Position numbers and translations under genes: made by a program
The notes under the pieces: model-generated
Seen by the model: only the letters and a program-made list of their open reading frames with translations
Databases searched by the model: none
What the model was told of the DNA's origin: nothing
In this document: in pieces, positions 55,032 through 63,551 of the stretch
Position numbering within the stretch: position 1 is the stretch's first letter
How the letters are laid out: each line of letters begins with the position of its first letter
Assembly (NCBI GenBank): GCA_040400005.1
Contig: JBBARC010000007.1
Span: 17,744-81,743 of the forward strand
DNA length: 64,000 nt
Direction of reading: 5' to 3'
Origin: Acetobacteraceae bacterium
GTDB lineage: Bacteria > Pseudomonadota > Alphaproteobacteria > Acetobacterales > Acetobacteraceae

Positions 55032-58000
55032 TTAGTGCGCGCGCACCAGATCTGCACCAAGATTGGCACTGGCAGCGCGCGACGCGGCAAGCTCGGTGGC
55101 GGCGCGGGGCAAATCGGTGGGGGTTGCCACCGTGGTTTCGGTGATCACGGCAAACAGATCGGCGTGCGGCCCGGGCGAGAATCGCCCCGCCCATTCGCGA
55201 TGCAGGGCGGCAAGTGCTGCTTTGTTGCGGCTTTGGGCGGTCGCGGCGGCTAGGCGCAGCACAATATCTTCGGCGGGTTTGGGGATCATGCCCGCGGGTG
55301 GAACGATAGCCGCCAGTAGCTGGGTTAAGCTTTGACGAGCTGCCGCAAAATCCTGCTGATCAGATTCCATCTCGGCGCGCATATCCAAAGCTGCGGTATC
55401 GGTGGTGTTGGCCAACGCCTGACGGGCCGCAGGAAAATCGCCGGTGCTGCTGTTGGCGCGGGCACGGACCAAACTGCGGGCGTTTGCCTGGGGGGTGGAC
55501 ATGCCGGCGGGGTTAGCCGGTTCGGTCGCCGCCAGCATCGCCAGTGCGCCGGGCCCGTTGCTTTGGTCCAGTGCCAGCTGCGCCAGCCGGTTGCCAAGAT
55601 CGGCGCGCACGGCTGGGCCGGTCGCGGCGGCCAGCATACGGGCCATAATCGGGCGCGCGCGCGCGGGCAGATCAAGCGCCATCAGCCGGTCCAACAGCAG
55701 GGGGGCGAGCGCCTGGGCGGTGTCGTCGATCGCCAGCAGGTCGGCGTTATCATCCAGCAGCGCAACCAGGTCGAACGGCGAAATGGTGGCGGCCGTGCCA
55801 GCGGCGGCAAGCTTAACCAGCACATCATGTTCGGCGCGACGCAGCTTTGGTAGCGATTGCGGATACAAAATTTCGGCTTGGCGCAGCGCGGTGAGCGCTT
55901 GGCGCCAGGCACCGTTTTCGGCGGCGAGGCCGGCCAGCGCCAGGCGGGCGGCAAGCTCAGTCTCATCACCGCGCCAGGCGAACAGGGTCGCATCAAGGGC
56001 GGCGGCGGCGGCGGCGGTGTTCAGGCGGCCTTGTGCGTGATCGCGCAGCACTTTGGCCAGGCGGGCGCGCGCCGCATCGCGCCGGTCGGGGCCGTAAATG
56101 GCAGCACCCAGGCGCACGTCGGCGGTGGCGTTGCTTGCTGCGTTATTGGCGGCGTTATTGGCGGCGTTGCCTGGGGCGGGGGCACCGGTGGGCGCGTGAT
56201 CGGCGGCGAGCATCGCCACCCGGGCGCGCGCATAAGCAAGGTTCGACGGTGGCGGCTGGTTGTTTGCGTGCGCGAATTGGTCGGCAGCGGCAACCAGGGC
56301 TGCCAGCGGGCCAGGTGCTAAGCGGTCAACAATGGCGGGCAGTAAGCGGGCGCGCAAAGCCTGCGGGTAGGTCAGCGCCAGCGGCCAAAGCTGCGCCAGC
56401 GTGCCGGTGAGGGCTGCCTGGCTGGCGTGGGTGGCATCAGCGATGGCGGAATCGGCCGCTGTCGTATCGCGATCTGGCGTGGTGATGGCGCGCCAAAAAT
56501 CGATATCGTCGGTGTGGCCTAAGCTTGCGGCGGCAAACGGGGTTGCGGTTTGCGGCCGGCCGGCCAGCCAGGCAGCAATCGCCTGCAGCGCCGGTGTTTG
56601 CGGATCGGCGGCAAGCGTGGGGTCTTCGCTAGTCGCAATATCCAGCACCGCCAACGCATCGTGGCCCAGGCCGAGTGCCAGCAGGCCCAAGGCCTGGCGG
56701 GTGCGGGCGCCGGCGCGCGCCAGGGCGGGGGTGCCGGCCACCTCGGCTAGGGTAATGGCGGCCCGCGCACGCAAGGCCGCCACCGGCAGATCGGGTAGGT
56801 CAAACCTCCGGGTCATCGCGCTGCCAGGCAGCAGTGTGCTGCCGCTATCGCCATCCACCAGTGCCAGGGGGACAGCACCGGTGGACGCGATGGTAAACCC
56901 GCCGCGCCCGGTGGTGAGTGCGACGCGATCAGCAAACGGTTGCACCGCAACCCCAAGGGCTGTGCGCAGCAGGGTGAAGTCGGCCATGTGGCGGGGGGCT
57001 GCGATGTTTTGCGCATCGCCGCGCTGGGTACCGATCAGCAGCTGCGCGCCAGTAAGCCGATCGGGCACCACGACGATGGCGTTAGCATCGGAGGTGAGCA
57101 AATGCATGGCGCCGTCCCGAGTGGTGGCGGTTATCGGTTCGGACAGGCTGGTTTGTTCGCTCAGCACGCAAACCCAGCCGTCGGGCCTGCGCACCAGGCG
57201 CAGCATGTGGCCGGGCGGCACAGGAATGTCGATGAGGGTTGCGCTTCTGAGCGAAATTTTCGTGGCGCTGCCAAAAAACCTATCGTCGCGTAAGGGGGAT
57301 AAATCGATTGGGTCGGGCTGATCGAAAATCAAATAGGCAACGCCGCCGCGCAGATAGGCGGCAGCGCCCACCTCGATGCCGTAAGGCAATAAAAACGCCG
57401 GCCCGCCGAGGGTTGCATCGGCCAAACGCACCGCACCTAGCGCTTGCGGTTGTTGCGGTTGTTGCGGTTGTTGCGGGGATGGCGGTGGCGGTGTGGTATC
57501 GGCACGCGCCGGCTCGGGACGTGAGGGATCTGAACGTGAGGGTTCTGAACCTGATGGTTCTGGGCGCGCGGGCGTTGGCGGCACCATGATAGCCGCAACG
57601 GTTGGCGGCGGTGGCGCTGCCGGTGAAACCTGCGCGGTTAACACCGGCATGGCGGCCGGCGTGGTGATCCGCACGATGATGGTGCGGTTTGTTTGGCTGA
57701 CATCTGCCTGCGCGCCGGGGGCCAGGGTAATGATGGCGCTGCCAATGAAGCTGGTAAGGTTGGTAATACCGCTGGGCAGGGCGGCTTTTAAGCGCCCAAC
57801 CTGGCCTGCCCCGGGCAGGGTTAGGCTCAGGGCATCTCCGTGCCGCGCTGTGGTGAATCCGCCGGAATCGTGTCGCACAAACAGCAATTGTCCAGCACTT
57901 TGGGGGCTTTGCCCATCGCCGCTGGCGGCGGGTGCGCTGACATCGACCGCCGGCCCGGCCACGGCGCCGGCCGGCGCCGCCACAACGGGTGCAGCCGCCA

Positions 58001-58190
58001 ACAAGGCGCAAACGGCGGCAAGCACCGTGCCAATCGGTATGCAAAAAGGGCGTAAGTGGCGCCTCCATACGCAAAAACGGCGCCAGTGGCGTTTCCATTC
58101 GCAAAAACGGCGCCAGTGGCGTTTCCATTCGCAAGAACGGCGCCAGTGGCGTTTCCATTCGCAAGAACGACGCCAGTGGCGCCCGGGCAT
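55032..58190 (-). CDS. Large (1052 aa) exported or membrane-anchored protein of unknown function, coupled to cheZ. It has a basic repeat N-terminus, a TM or signal segment, a Pro/Gln-rich linker, a beta-rich middle and an Ala-rich helical (TPR-like) C-terminus.
   Basis: Longest ORF in the region. Its ATG overlaps the cheZ stop (TAATG). Hydrophobic segment IPIGTVLAAVCALLAAAPVVAAP. No family recognised. Confidence 0.65.
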   Translation of the reverse strand: MPGRHWRRSCEWKRHWRRSCEWKRHWRRFCEWKRHWRRFCVWRRHLRPFCIPIGTVLAAVCALLAAAPVVAAPAGAVAGPAVDVSAPAASGDGQSPQSAGQLLFVRHDSGGFTTARHGDALSLTLPGAGQVGRLKAALPSGITNLTSFIGSAIITLAPGAQADVSQTNRTIIVRITTPAAMPVLTAQVSPAAPPPPTVAAIMVPPTPARPEPSGSEPSRSDPSRPEPARADTTPPPPSPQQPQQPQQPQALGAVRLADATLGGPAFLLPYGIEVGAAAYLRGGVAYLIFDQPDPIDLSPLRDDRFFGSATKISLRSATLIDIPVPPGHMLRLVRRPDGWVCVLSEQTSLSEPITATTRDGAMHLLTSDANAIVVVPDRLTGAQLLIGTQRGDAQNIAAPRHMADFTLLRTALGVAVQPFADRVALTTGRGGFTIASTGAVPLALVDGDSGSTLLPGSAMTRRFDLPDLPVAALRARAAITLAEVAGTPALARAGARTRQALGLLALGLGHDALAVLDIATSEDPTLAADPQTPALQAIAAWLAGRPQTATPFAAASLGHTDDIDFWRAITTPDRDTTAADSAIADATHASQAALTGTLAQLWPLALTYPQALRARLLPAIVDRLAPGPLAALVAAADQFAHANNQPPPSNLAYARARVAMLAADHAPTGAPAPGNAANNAANNAASNATADVRLGAAIYGPDRRDAARARLAKVLRDHAQGRLNTAAAAAALDATLFAWRGDETELAARLALAGLAAENGAWRQALTALRQAEILYPQSLPKLRRAEHDVLVKLAAAGTAATISPFDLVALLDDNADLLAIDDTAQALAPLLLDRLMALDLPARARPIMARMLAAATGPAVRADLGNRLAQLALDQSNGPGALAMLAATEPANPAGMSTPQANARSLVRARANSSTGDFPAARQALANTTDTAALDMRAEMESDQQDFAAARQSLTQLLAAIVPPAGMIPKPAEDIVLRLAAATAQSRNKAALAALHREWAGRFSPGPHADLFAVITETTVATPTDLPRAATELAASRAASANLGADLVRAH
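58041..58190. repeat. 30-bp tandem repeat, 5 copies (3 near-identical, 2 degenerate)
   Basis: GCAAAAACGGCGCCAGTGGCGTTTCCATTC at 58071, 58101 and 58131, with flanking degenerate units at 58041 and 58161. Each unit contains the dyad CGCCA-G-TGGCG. Confidence 0.95.
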
Positions 58191-58843
58191 TAGTCGAAGC
58201 TCGCCAGCAAGGCATCGATGCCGGATTGGTCCATGGCGCTGGTCGGCAGTTGCGGGCCATTGAGCAGGCTGGTCGCATCCTCCGCCGGCCGTGGCGGTGC
58301 GGCGCCCAGATCATCGCGGTGGAAGACGTTGATGATATGATTGACCTTGGTTTCGATCGCTTTGAGGGTTGCCACCACTTTGGTGATACGCTGGCCGGTA
58401 ATATCCTGAAAGCTGCAAGCCTCGTAAATGCGCGTGGTCACATCCTGCAGGGCGCGGCTGGTGGCCTCGTCTAAACTTGGTGCCAGCGCATCGAGGGATT
58501 CGCAGGCTTCCAGGATGGTATCAGTGGCGCACGCGGTGTGGACGACGATGGCATCAAGTTCGTCGGTGGCGGATGGAATGTGGCTGGCGGTGATATCATC
58601 CGCCTGCAACGCCGCGATTTCAGCCCGCGCATTGGCAACTGTTTTCGCAAGATCTTCTACTTCTGCTAGCAGCGCGGTTTCGTTAACCGAGAGATCGCCG
58701 TGCATGGTCAGCAGAATGGCACGCACGATATCGGCTACCATATCGGGCTGCGCGGCGGGGTAGGTGGTGCGCAGATGCGCCAGCCTGCGGGCCAGGATCT
58801 GCGTATCGGGCAAAGCGCTAGGCAGCGGTTTGGGGTTATGCAT
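58190..58843 (-). CDS. cheZ: CheY-P phosphatase CheZ
   Basis: Catalytic-region string FQDITGQRI (FQDLTGQ in E. coli). Start at the ATG at 58843, overlapping the cheY stop. Confidence 0.8.
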   Translation of the reverse strand: MHNPKPLPSALPDTQILARRLAHLRTTYPAAQPDMVADIVRAILLTMHGDLSVNETALLAEVEDLAKTVANARAEIAALQADDITASHIPSATDELDAIVVHTACATDTILEACESLDALAPSLDEATSRALQDVTTRIYEACSFQDITGQRITKVVATLKAIETKVNHIINVFHRDDLGAAPPRPAEDATSLLNGPQLPTSAMDQSGIDALLASFD

Positions 58844-59222
58844 GGCCAAGCACCTTTTCGATTTTTTCGCGCAAGGTTTCGGCGTTAAACGGTTTGACAA
58901 TGTAGTTGGAAACCCCCGCCTGCTTGGCGGCGATAACGTTCTCGGTTTTGCTTTCAGCAGTAATCATAATGAACGGCATGGTTTTTAGCCGGGCATCCTG
59001 GCGTACCTCCTGTAGCAATTCGAGGCCGGTCATCGGCTGCATGTTCCAATCGCTAATCACCAGGCCAAACGGGCTGGCGCGCAGTTTGGCCAGCGCCTCG
59101 GCCCCGTCGCTGGCTTCTTCCACGTTGTTAAAATCGATTTGCTTGAGCAGGTTGCGGATAATGCGCAGCATCGTTTTGTAATCATCGACGATCAGCACAT
59201 TCATCGATTTATCAATGGCCAT
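58836..59222 (-). CDS. cheY: Chemotaxis response regulator CheY
   Basis: VLIVDD...SDWNMQPMTGLELL...ITAE...GVSNYIVKPF. ATG at 59222 preceded by AAGGA. Confidence 0.9.
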   Translation of the reverse strand: MAIDKSMNVLIVDDYKTMLRIIRNLLKQIDFNNVEEASDGAEALAKLRASPFGLVISDWNMQPMTGLELLQEVRQDARLKTMPFIMITAESKTENVIAAKQAGVSNYIVKPFNAETLREKIEKVLGHA

Positions 59223-59252
59223 GGGCAATCCTTGTGTGATGCGGGCGTAAAA

Positions 59253-60011
59253 TTAGGGTTGAGCGGTGAGGTTGGCCGGCGGCGCGGCGGCGGGCGTATC
59301 AGCAAGCGTCACCGCGCGGTTGCGCATCGCCGCTAGGTTTTGGGTCGCAAGGCGGGCACGATCAGGGTTCATCGCGGCCAGCACGCTGGCAATTTTGCGC
59401 GGCTGCATGCGATCCAACACCCCCAGCAGCACCGGCATATCCAGCGCATCGAAAATAACCGCGGCATCGCGCGGTTTCATCTGTTCGTAGATTTTCACCA
59501 GGCCGGCCCAATTTTCCGCATCATGGGCGCGCCGCGCGGTATCAAGGGTTTCCAGCCGGGTTTGCAGGGCGGCGAGATCGTGCACCCGTTCATCGAGTTT
59601 ACTTTGTGCGGCCGCCATGATGGCGGCGCGCGTATCAAGCGCGCGGGCACGGACATCGATCGCGTCGCGCCGCGCGCGCAGGTCTTGCAGTAACTGGCGT
59701 TCGCCAGCGCTTGGGGCGGCGGCATCGGCGCCAGCAGATCCATCGGGCGGCAGCGATGCTGCGGGCAGCACTGGTGGGGGCAGTGCGGGTTGGGAAACCG
59801 TTGATGGCGTTACCTGGTTGGGCGCGAGCAGGCCGGGCGCAGGCAGGCTGGGTGCGGGCAAGCTGGGGGCCGCGATTGGCGCCGGGCTTGCCTCACTGCT
59901 GGCGGCCAATACCAATGTGCTGGATCGCCACACCAGCATAAATCCCATCACCGCCATGGTGACTGGCAACAGGCGCGGACGTTTGAGAAAATCTTGCGCC
60001 AGTTGCGCCAT
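59253..60011 (-). CDS. motE: MotE-family flagellar motility protein
   Basis: C-terminal MgtE-N-like string MKPRDAAVIFDALDMPVLLGVLDRMQPRKIASVLAAMNPDRA, an N-terminal TM segment and a (PSLPA) repeat. Confidence 0.7.
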   Translation of the reverse strand: MAQLAQDFLKRPRLLPVTMAVMGFMLVWRSSTLVLAASSEASPAPIAAPSLPAPSLPAPGLLAPNQVTPSTVSQPALPPPVLPAASLPPDGSAGADAAAPSAGERQLLQDLRARRDAIDVRARALDTRAAIMAAAQSKLDERVHDLAALQTRLETLDTARRAHDAENWAGLVKIYEQMKPRDAAVIFDALDMPVLLGVLDRMQPRKIASVLAAMNPDRARLATQNLAAMRNRAVTLADTPAAAPPANLTAQP

Positions 60012-60012
60012 G

Positions 60013-60684
60013 TTAGCGGCCGCCCCGCAAAACGCGCAGCAAATCGCGTTCGCTTTGGCTTCGCGCGCGCGGTGCCGTTGCTGCTGCTGCTGGCAGCACG
60101 GGCGGTGGTTTGCTGGCGATGATGTGTGGAGGCATCATTGGCGCCGGTGGATAATATACCGGCGCTGGCCCGTAATGGCGCGCGGTGGCGGCCGGGGTGT
60201 CGCGCGGCTGGTCGCGCCAATCGTTTCGCCCCCCGCTATCGTCGCCCAAGCTTACCGGTGGCACAAGTCGTACCCGCGCGGGTTCCGGTGCCGCTTCAGC
60301 GATACCATCCGGCATAAACTCCGGGTAGCGTTGCGGCGCCGCGGGCTGATCAGCCAGCATACGCGCGCCACGCACGGTGCGTTCCAGCCGTTCGGCCAAG
60401 CGATCGCCGCGATCGCTGAGAAAACTCAAATCATCCCGCAGGCGCTGCGCAGTTTCGATCTGCCGCGCAATCTGGCGGCCGGTGCCGTCGGTGGCCGTGT
60501 GCAGCCGTTCGATACCGGCTTCCGCTTGGCGGGTGCTGTCGTTAAATCCTTCGACCAAAGTTTCCAGCACCGCGCGATCGCGTTTGAGCACACCCAATGC
60601 GCGTTCTAGCCGGCGGGCGTGAAACAGCGTGGCGGCGAGCAGCAAAATCAGCACGGCATCGAGGATGGTTGCGAAATTGGGCAT
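60013..60684 (-). CDS. DUF6468-like flagellar-cluster protein
   Basis: N-terminal TM segment, then a coiled-coil LERALGVLKRDRAVLETLVEGFNDSTRQAE. Position between fliM and motE. AGGAG before the ATG at 60684. Confidence 0.6.
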   Translation of the reverse strand: MPNFATILDAVLILLLAATLFHARRLERALGVLKRDRAVLETLVEGFNDSTRQAEAGIERLHTATDGTGRQIARQIETAQRLRDDLSFLSDRGDRLAERLERTVRGARMLADQPAAPQRYPEFMPDGIAEAAPEPARVRLVPPVSLGDDSGGRNDWRDQPRDTPAATARHYGPAPVYYPPAPMMPPHIIASKPPPVLPAAAATAPRARSQSERDLLRVLRGGR

Positions 60685-60771
60685 GGGCGCTCCTGGATCA
60701 GGCATTGTTTTGCGCGCAGCAGGTTAGGAAAAGGTTGAAGGTGGTGCGGGAAAAAGCGTTCGGCCGGGGCG

Positions 60772-61818
60772 TTACCCCGCCTGGGTTCGCGCAATGGGGT
60801 TGCCCAGGCGTAGCGCCACATGATTTTTTCGCCGGCCGATCGCGGCTTCGAATAACCGTACCGGGCCGCAGCGCACCTCTACCGGCGCGCCAAGTGACGT
60901 GTTGAGCACAATGCGATCGCCGATTTTCAGTGCCACCACATCGGATAGCCGCATGGTTTGTTCATCCAGCACCGCATCAAGCGAGATTTCGGTGTTCCAT
61001 AATTCTTCTGCCAGATGGGTTTCCCAGATCGAATCACGGCCGAATTTTTCACCCATAAATTGCTGCAGTAGCAATTCGCGTACTGGTTCCAGTGTTGAGT
61101 ACGGCAGTAAAAGTTCCAGCCGCCCCCCACGATCTTCCATATCAACACGCAAGCGGCCCAGCACAGCGGCATTGGACAGGCGCGAGATCGTGGCAAAGCG
61201 CGGGTTCACCTCCAGACGCTCAAAGCGAAACGTCACCGGGCAAAGCGGGTCGAAGGCGGCCGAAAGATCGGCCAGCACCACGTGGATCAGCCGTTCAACC
61301 AGATTGCGCTCGATCGTGGTATAGGGGCGCCCTTCAATGCGCATGGCCGCCGTGCCACGGCGGCCACCCAGCAGCACATCGACGATGGAATAGATCATGG
61401 CGCTGTCGATCACCATAAGCCCGTAGTTATCCCATTCCTCCGCCTTGAACACCGCCAGCATTGCCGGCAGGGGAATGGAATTAAGGTAATCGCCAAAACG
61501 CAGGCTAAGGATGTTGTCGATCGAGACTTCGACGTTGTCGCTGGTGAAATTGCGCAAGCTGGTCGACATAATGCGCACCAGCCGGTCAAAAACAATTTCC
61601 AGCATCGGCAGGCGTTCGTAAGATACCAGACCAGAGCTTATAATACGCTGAATACCACTGACCGCATCGGCCGATGATGGGTCATCATCAAAACCTAAAA
61701 GACTATCGATTTCGGCCTGGTTCAGCACCCGCGCGGGCTGGCCGCTTGGAGGGGGGCCGCTCGCCGTTTGCGCCACATGTGTTTGCGCGTCATGCGGGCC
61801 GGCGGCGGTTTCATCCAC
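60772..61818 (-). CDS. fliM: Flagellar motor switch protein FliM
   Basis: N-terminal CheY-P binding motif LNQAEIDSLLGF, a FliM middle domain and a C-terminal SpoA-like domain. Confidence 0.9.
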   Translation of the reverse strand: MDETAAGPHDAQTHVAQTASGPPPSGQPARVLNQAEIDSLLGFDDDPSSADAVSGIQRIISSGLVSYERLPMLEIVFDRLVRIMSTSLRNFTSDNVEVSIDNILSLRFGDYLNSIPLPAMLAVFKAEEWDNYGLMVIDSAMIYSIVDVLLGGRRGTAAMRIEGRPYTTIERNLVERLIHVVLADLSAAFDPLCPVTFRFERLEVNPRFATISRLSNAAVLGRLRVDMEDRGGRLELLLPYSTLEPVRELLLQQFMGEKFGRDSIWETHLAEELWNTEISLDAVLDEQTMRLSDVVALKIGDRIVLNTSLGAPVEVRCGPVRLFEAAIGRRKNHVALRLGNPIARTQAG

Positions 61819-61875
61819 CTCAGCGCCCCAGGCCGCCGCAAGATCATCATCTTCATCGGCCGTAGCACAAACCCC

Positions 61876-62442
61876 TTATTCGATAACGAGTTCGATGAAC
61901 AGCACGTCGCGCACTTGGGCCGGAGCAATCGCGACATTGGCGCGATTGATGAGTTCTTCGCGCAGGCGGTAGCTGCCGATGGAGCCTTTCAGTTCGTCGG
62001 GCCGTAAATCGCGCAGATAGGTTTGAAACAGATCCTGAATGCGCGGCATGGCGGCGCTCACCGCATCGGCATCGGTTTTGCCGGGCACTTCGAGTTTGGC
62101 GTGGAGTTTAATGTACACCTGGCGTTTGCCTGGGGCGTTGAGGTTAGTGACCATTTCGGGCAGATCGACAAACACCGGCGCGTGCGGCCCGGTGGCGATC
62201 ACGTCTGGTGGTTTGCCGAAGATCAGGCGCGGCAGGATGCCGCTGAACCACAGCCCCGCACCGATTGCCAGCAGCAACACCGGGGCGGCGATGAGGATAA
62301 TTTTTTTTCGGCTTTGGGCGGCGGGTGGGGCGGCCGCATCGGCACCATCGGCACCATCGGCACCACCGGCATCGCTGCCGGGATCATCAACGGCGGCGGC
62401 TGGGGGGGCGGTTTTGCCTTTTTTGGCAGCGTCTTTGGCCAT
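61876..62442 (-). CDS. fliL: Flagellar basal-body-associated protein FliL
   Basis: Single TM segment followed by FVDLPEMVTNL......YIKL...LEV. Confidence 0.85.
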   Translation of the reverse strand: MAKDAAKKGKTAPPAAAVDDPGSDAGGADGADGADAAAPPAAQSRKKIILIAAPVLLLAIGAGLWFSGILPRLIFGKPPDVIATGPHAPVFVDLPEMVTNLNAPGKRQVYIKLHAKLEVPGKTDADAVSAAMPRIQDLFQTYLRDLRPDELKGSIGSYRLREELINRANVAIAPAQVRDVLFIELVIE

Positions 62443-62486
62443 CGTTTAACGATAGCGCGGTTAAGTTAGTTAGCCGTTAAAATGGG

Positions 62487-63341
62487 CTAAACCGCGCAGC
62501 TCGCCATACGCCAAACCTCCGCCGCGGTTGCGCCCGCTTCCCGCAAAACCGCAACACCTGCGGCACCGTCGCGTTTGGACAGGCGCGCGCCATCCGCCCC
62601 CAGCAGCAGGCGGTGATGGGCGTAATCAGGGGCGACCCAGCCCATTAGCTGTTGCAACAGACGGTGCAAACCGGTTGCCGCCCGCAGATCTTCGCCGCGG
62701 GTCACCAGGGTAATCCCTTGGGCCGCATCATCATGGGTCACGCAAAGATGGTAGCTGCACGGCGCATCGCGGCGCGCAAGCACGACATCACCGAAAGCTG
62801 CCGGGTTGCAGGGGATTTCTAAGGGCCGGTGATCGCGGCCAAGCTCGGTGTAAGTCAGCTTGCCGCCCTCGGCACAGGCGGCTTGCATGTGCAATCGCCA
62901 GGCGTGCGGGGCGCCGGCGGCGATGCGGTCTGCTGCCTGGCTGGGATCGATGCTGCGGCAGGTGCCGGGATAGACTGCGCCACCATCTGGCGCATGCGGG
63001 GCGCCACCGGAGGCGGCAATCTCGCGCATAATATCGGCGCGCGAGCAAAAACACGGGTAAATCAGGCGACGCGCGCGCAAGCCAGCGAGGACGGCGGCAT
63101 AGTCGGGCATATGCGCCGATTGCACCCGCACCGGCTGGTCGCTGGCCAAGCCCACCCAGGCGAGGTCCTGCAGCAGGGCAAGGGCCAAGGGCGCGGTGCA
63201 GCGCGCGCCATCGATATCTTCCAGCCGCACTAGGTAGCGCCCGCCGGCGGTCCCGGCGGCGCGCCAGGCCTGCCAGGCGGCATACACATGCCCCAGGTGC
63301 AGGGCACCGGTGGGGCTGGGTGCAAAGCGGGTGGTGATCAT
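62487..63341 (-). CDS. gluQ: Glutamyl-Q tRNA(Asp) synthetase
   Basis: TRFAPSPTGALHLGH (HIGH motif), RLEDID and LSKRDGA (KMSKS-like). Start set to the ATG at 63341 (284 aa). Confidence 0.85.
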   Translation of the reverse strand: MITTRFAPSPTGALHLGHVYAAWQAWRAAGTAGGRYLVRLEDIDGARCTAPLALALLQDLAWVGLASDQPVRVQSAHMPDYAAVLAGLRARRLIYPCFCSRADIMREIAASGGAPHAPDGGAVYPGTCRSIDPSQAADRIAAGAPHAWRLHMQAACAEGGKLTYTELGRDHRPLEIPCNPAAFGDVVLARRDAPCSYHLCVTHDDAAQGITLVTRGEDLRAATGLHRLLQQLMGWVAPDYAHHRLLLGADGARLSKRDGAAGVAVLREAGATAAEVWRMASCAV

Positions 63342-63551
63342 GCACCACCCATAGCTGCACATGCGCCGATATGACATCCACGTTACATCACCAAAGCGTG
63401 GGCAGGCTTTGGGTTGCGGCGCGGGGATACCTTTGGCATAAGCGGGGCGGTCTTGGCGGCGCTTTAAATCCTGCGATTCGTCTAAATGTCTGATCGCACA
63501 TTCTGCCTGGCAAGCAGTGGTTTTTGGGGCGCGCAAGTTTAGGAGCGCGTT

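Noticed and set aside
57280-58314. An alternative frame through the 30-bp repeats gives (METPLAPFLR)n in a 344-aa ORF.
   Set aside because: That ORF overlaps the cheZ 3' end and the giant ORF, and the rest of it is Arg/Pro/Gly shadow-type sequence. The frame that continues for 1052 codons and is TAATG-coupled to cheZ is preferred. The alternative is not formally excluded for the repeat segment itself.
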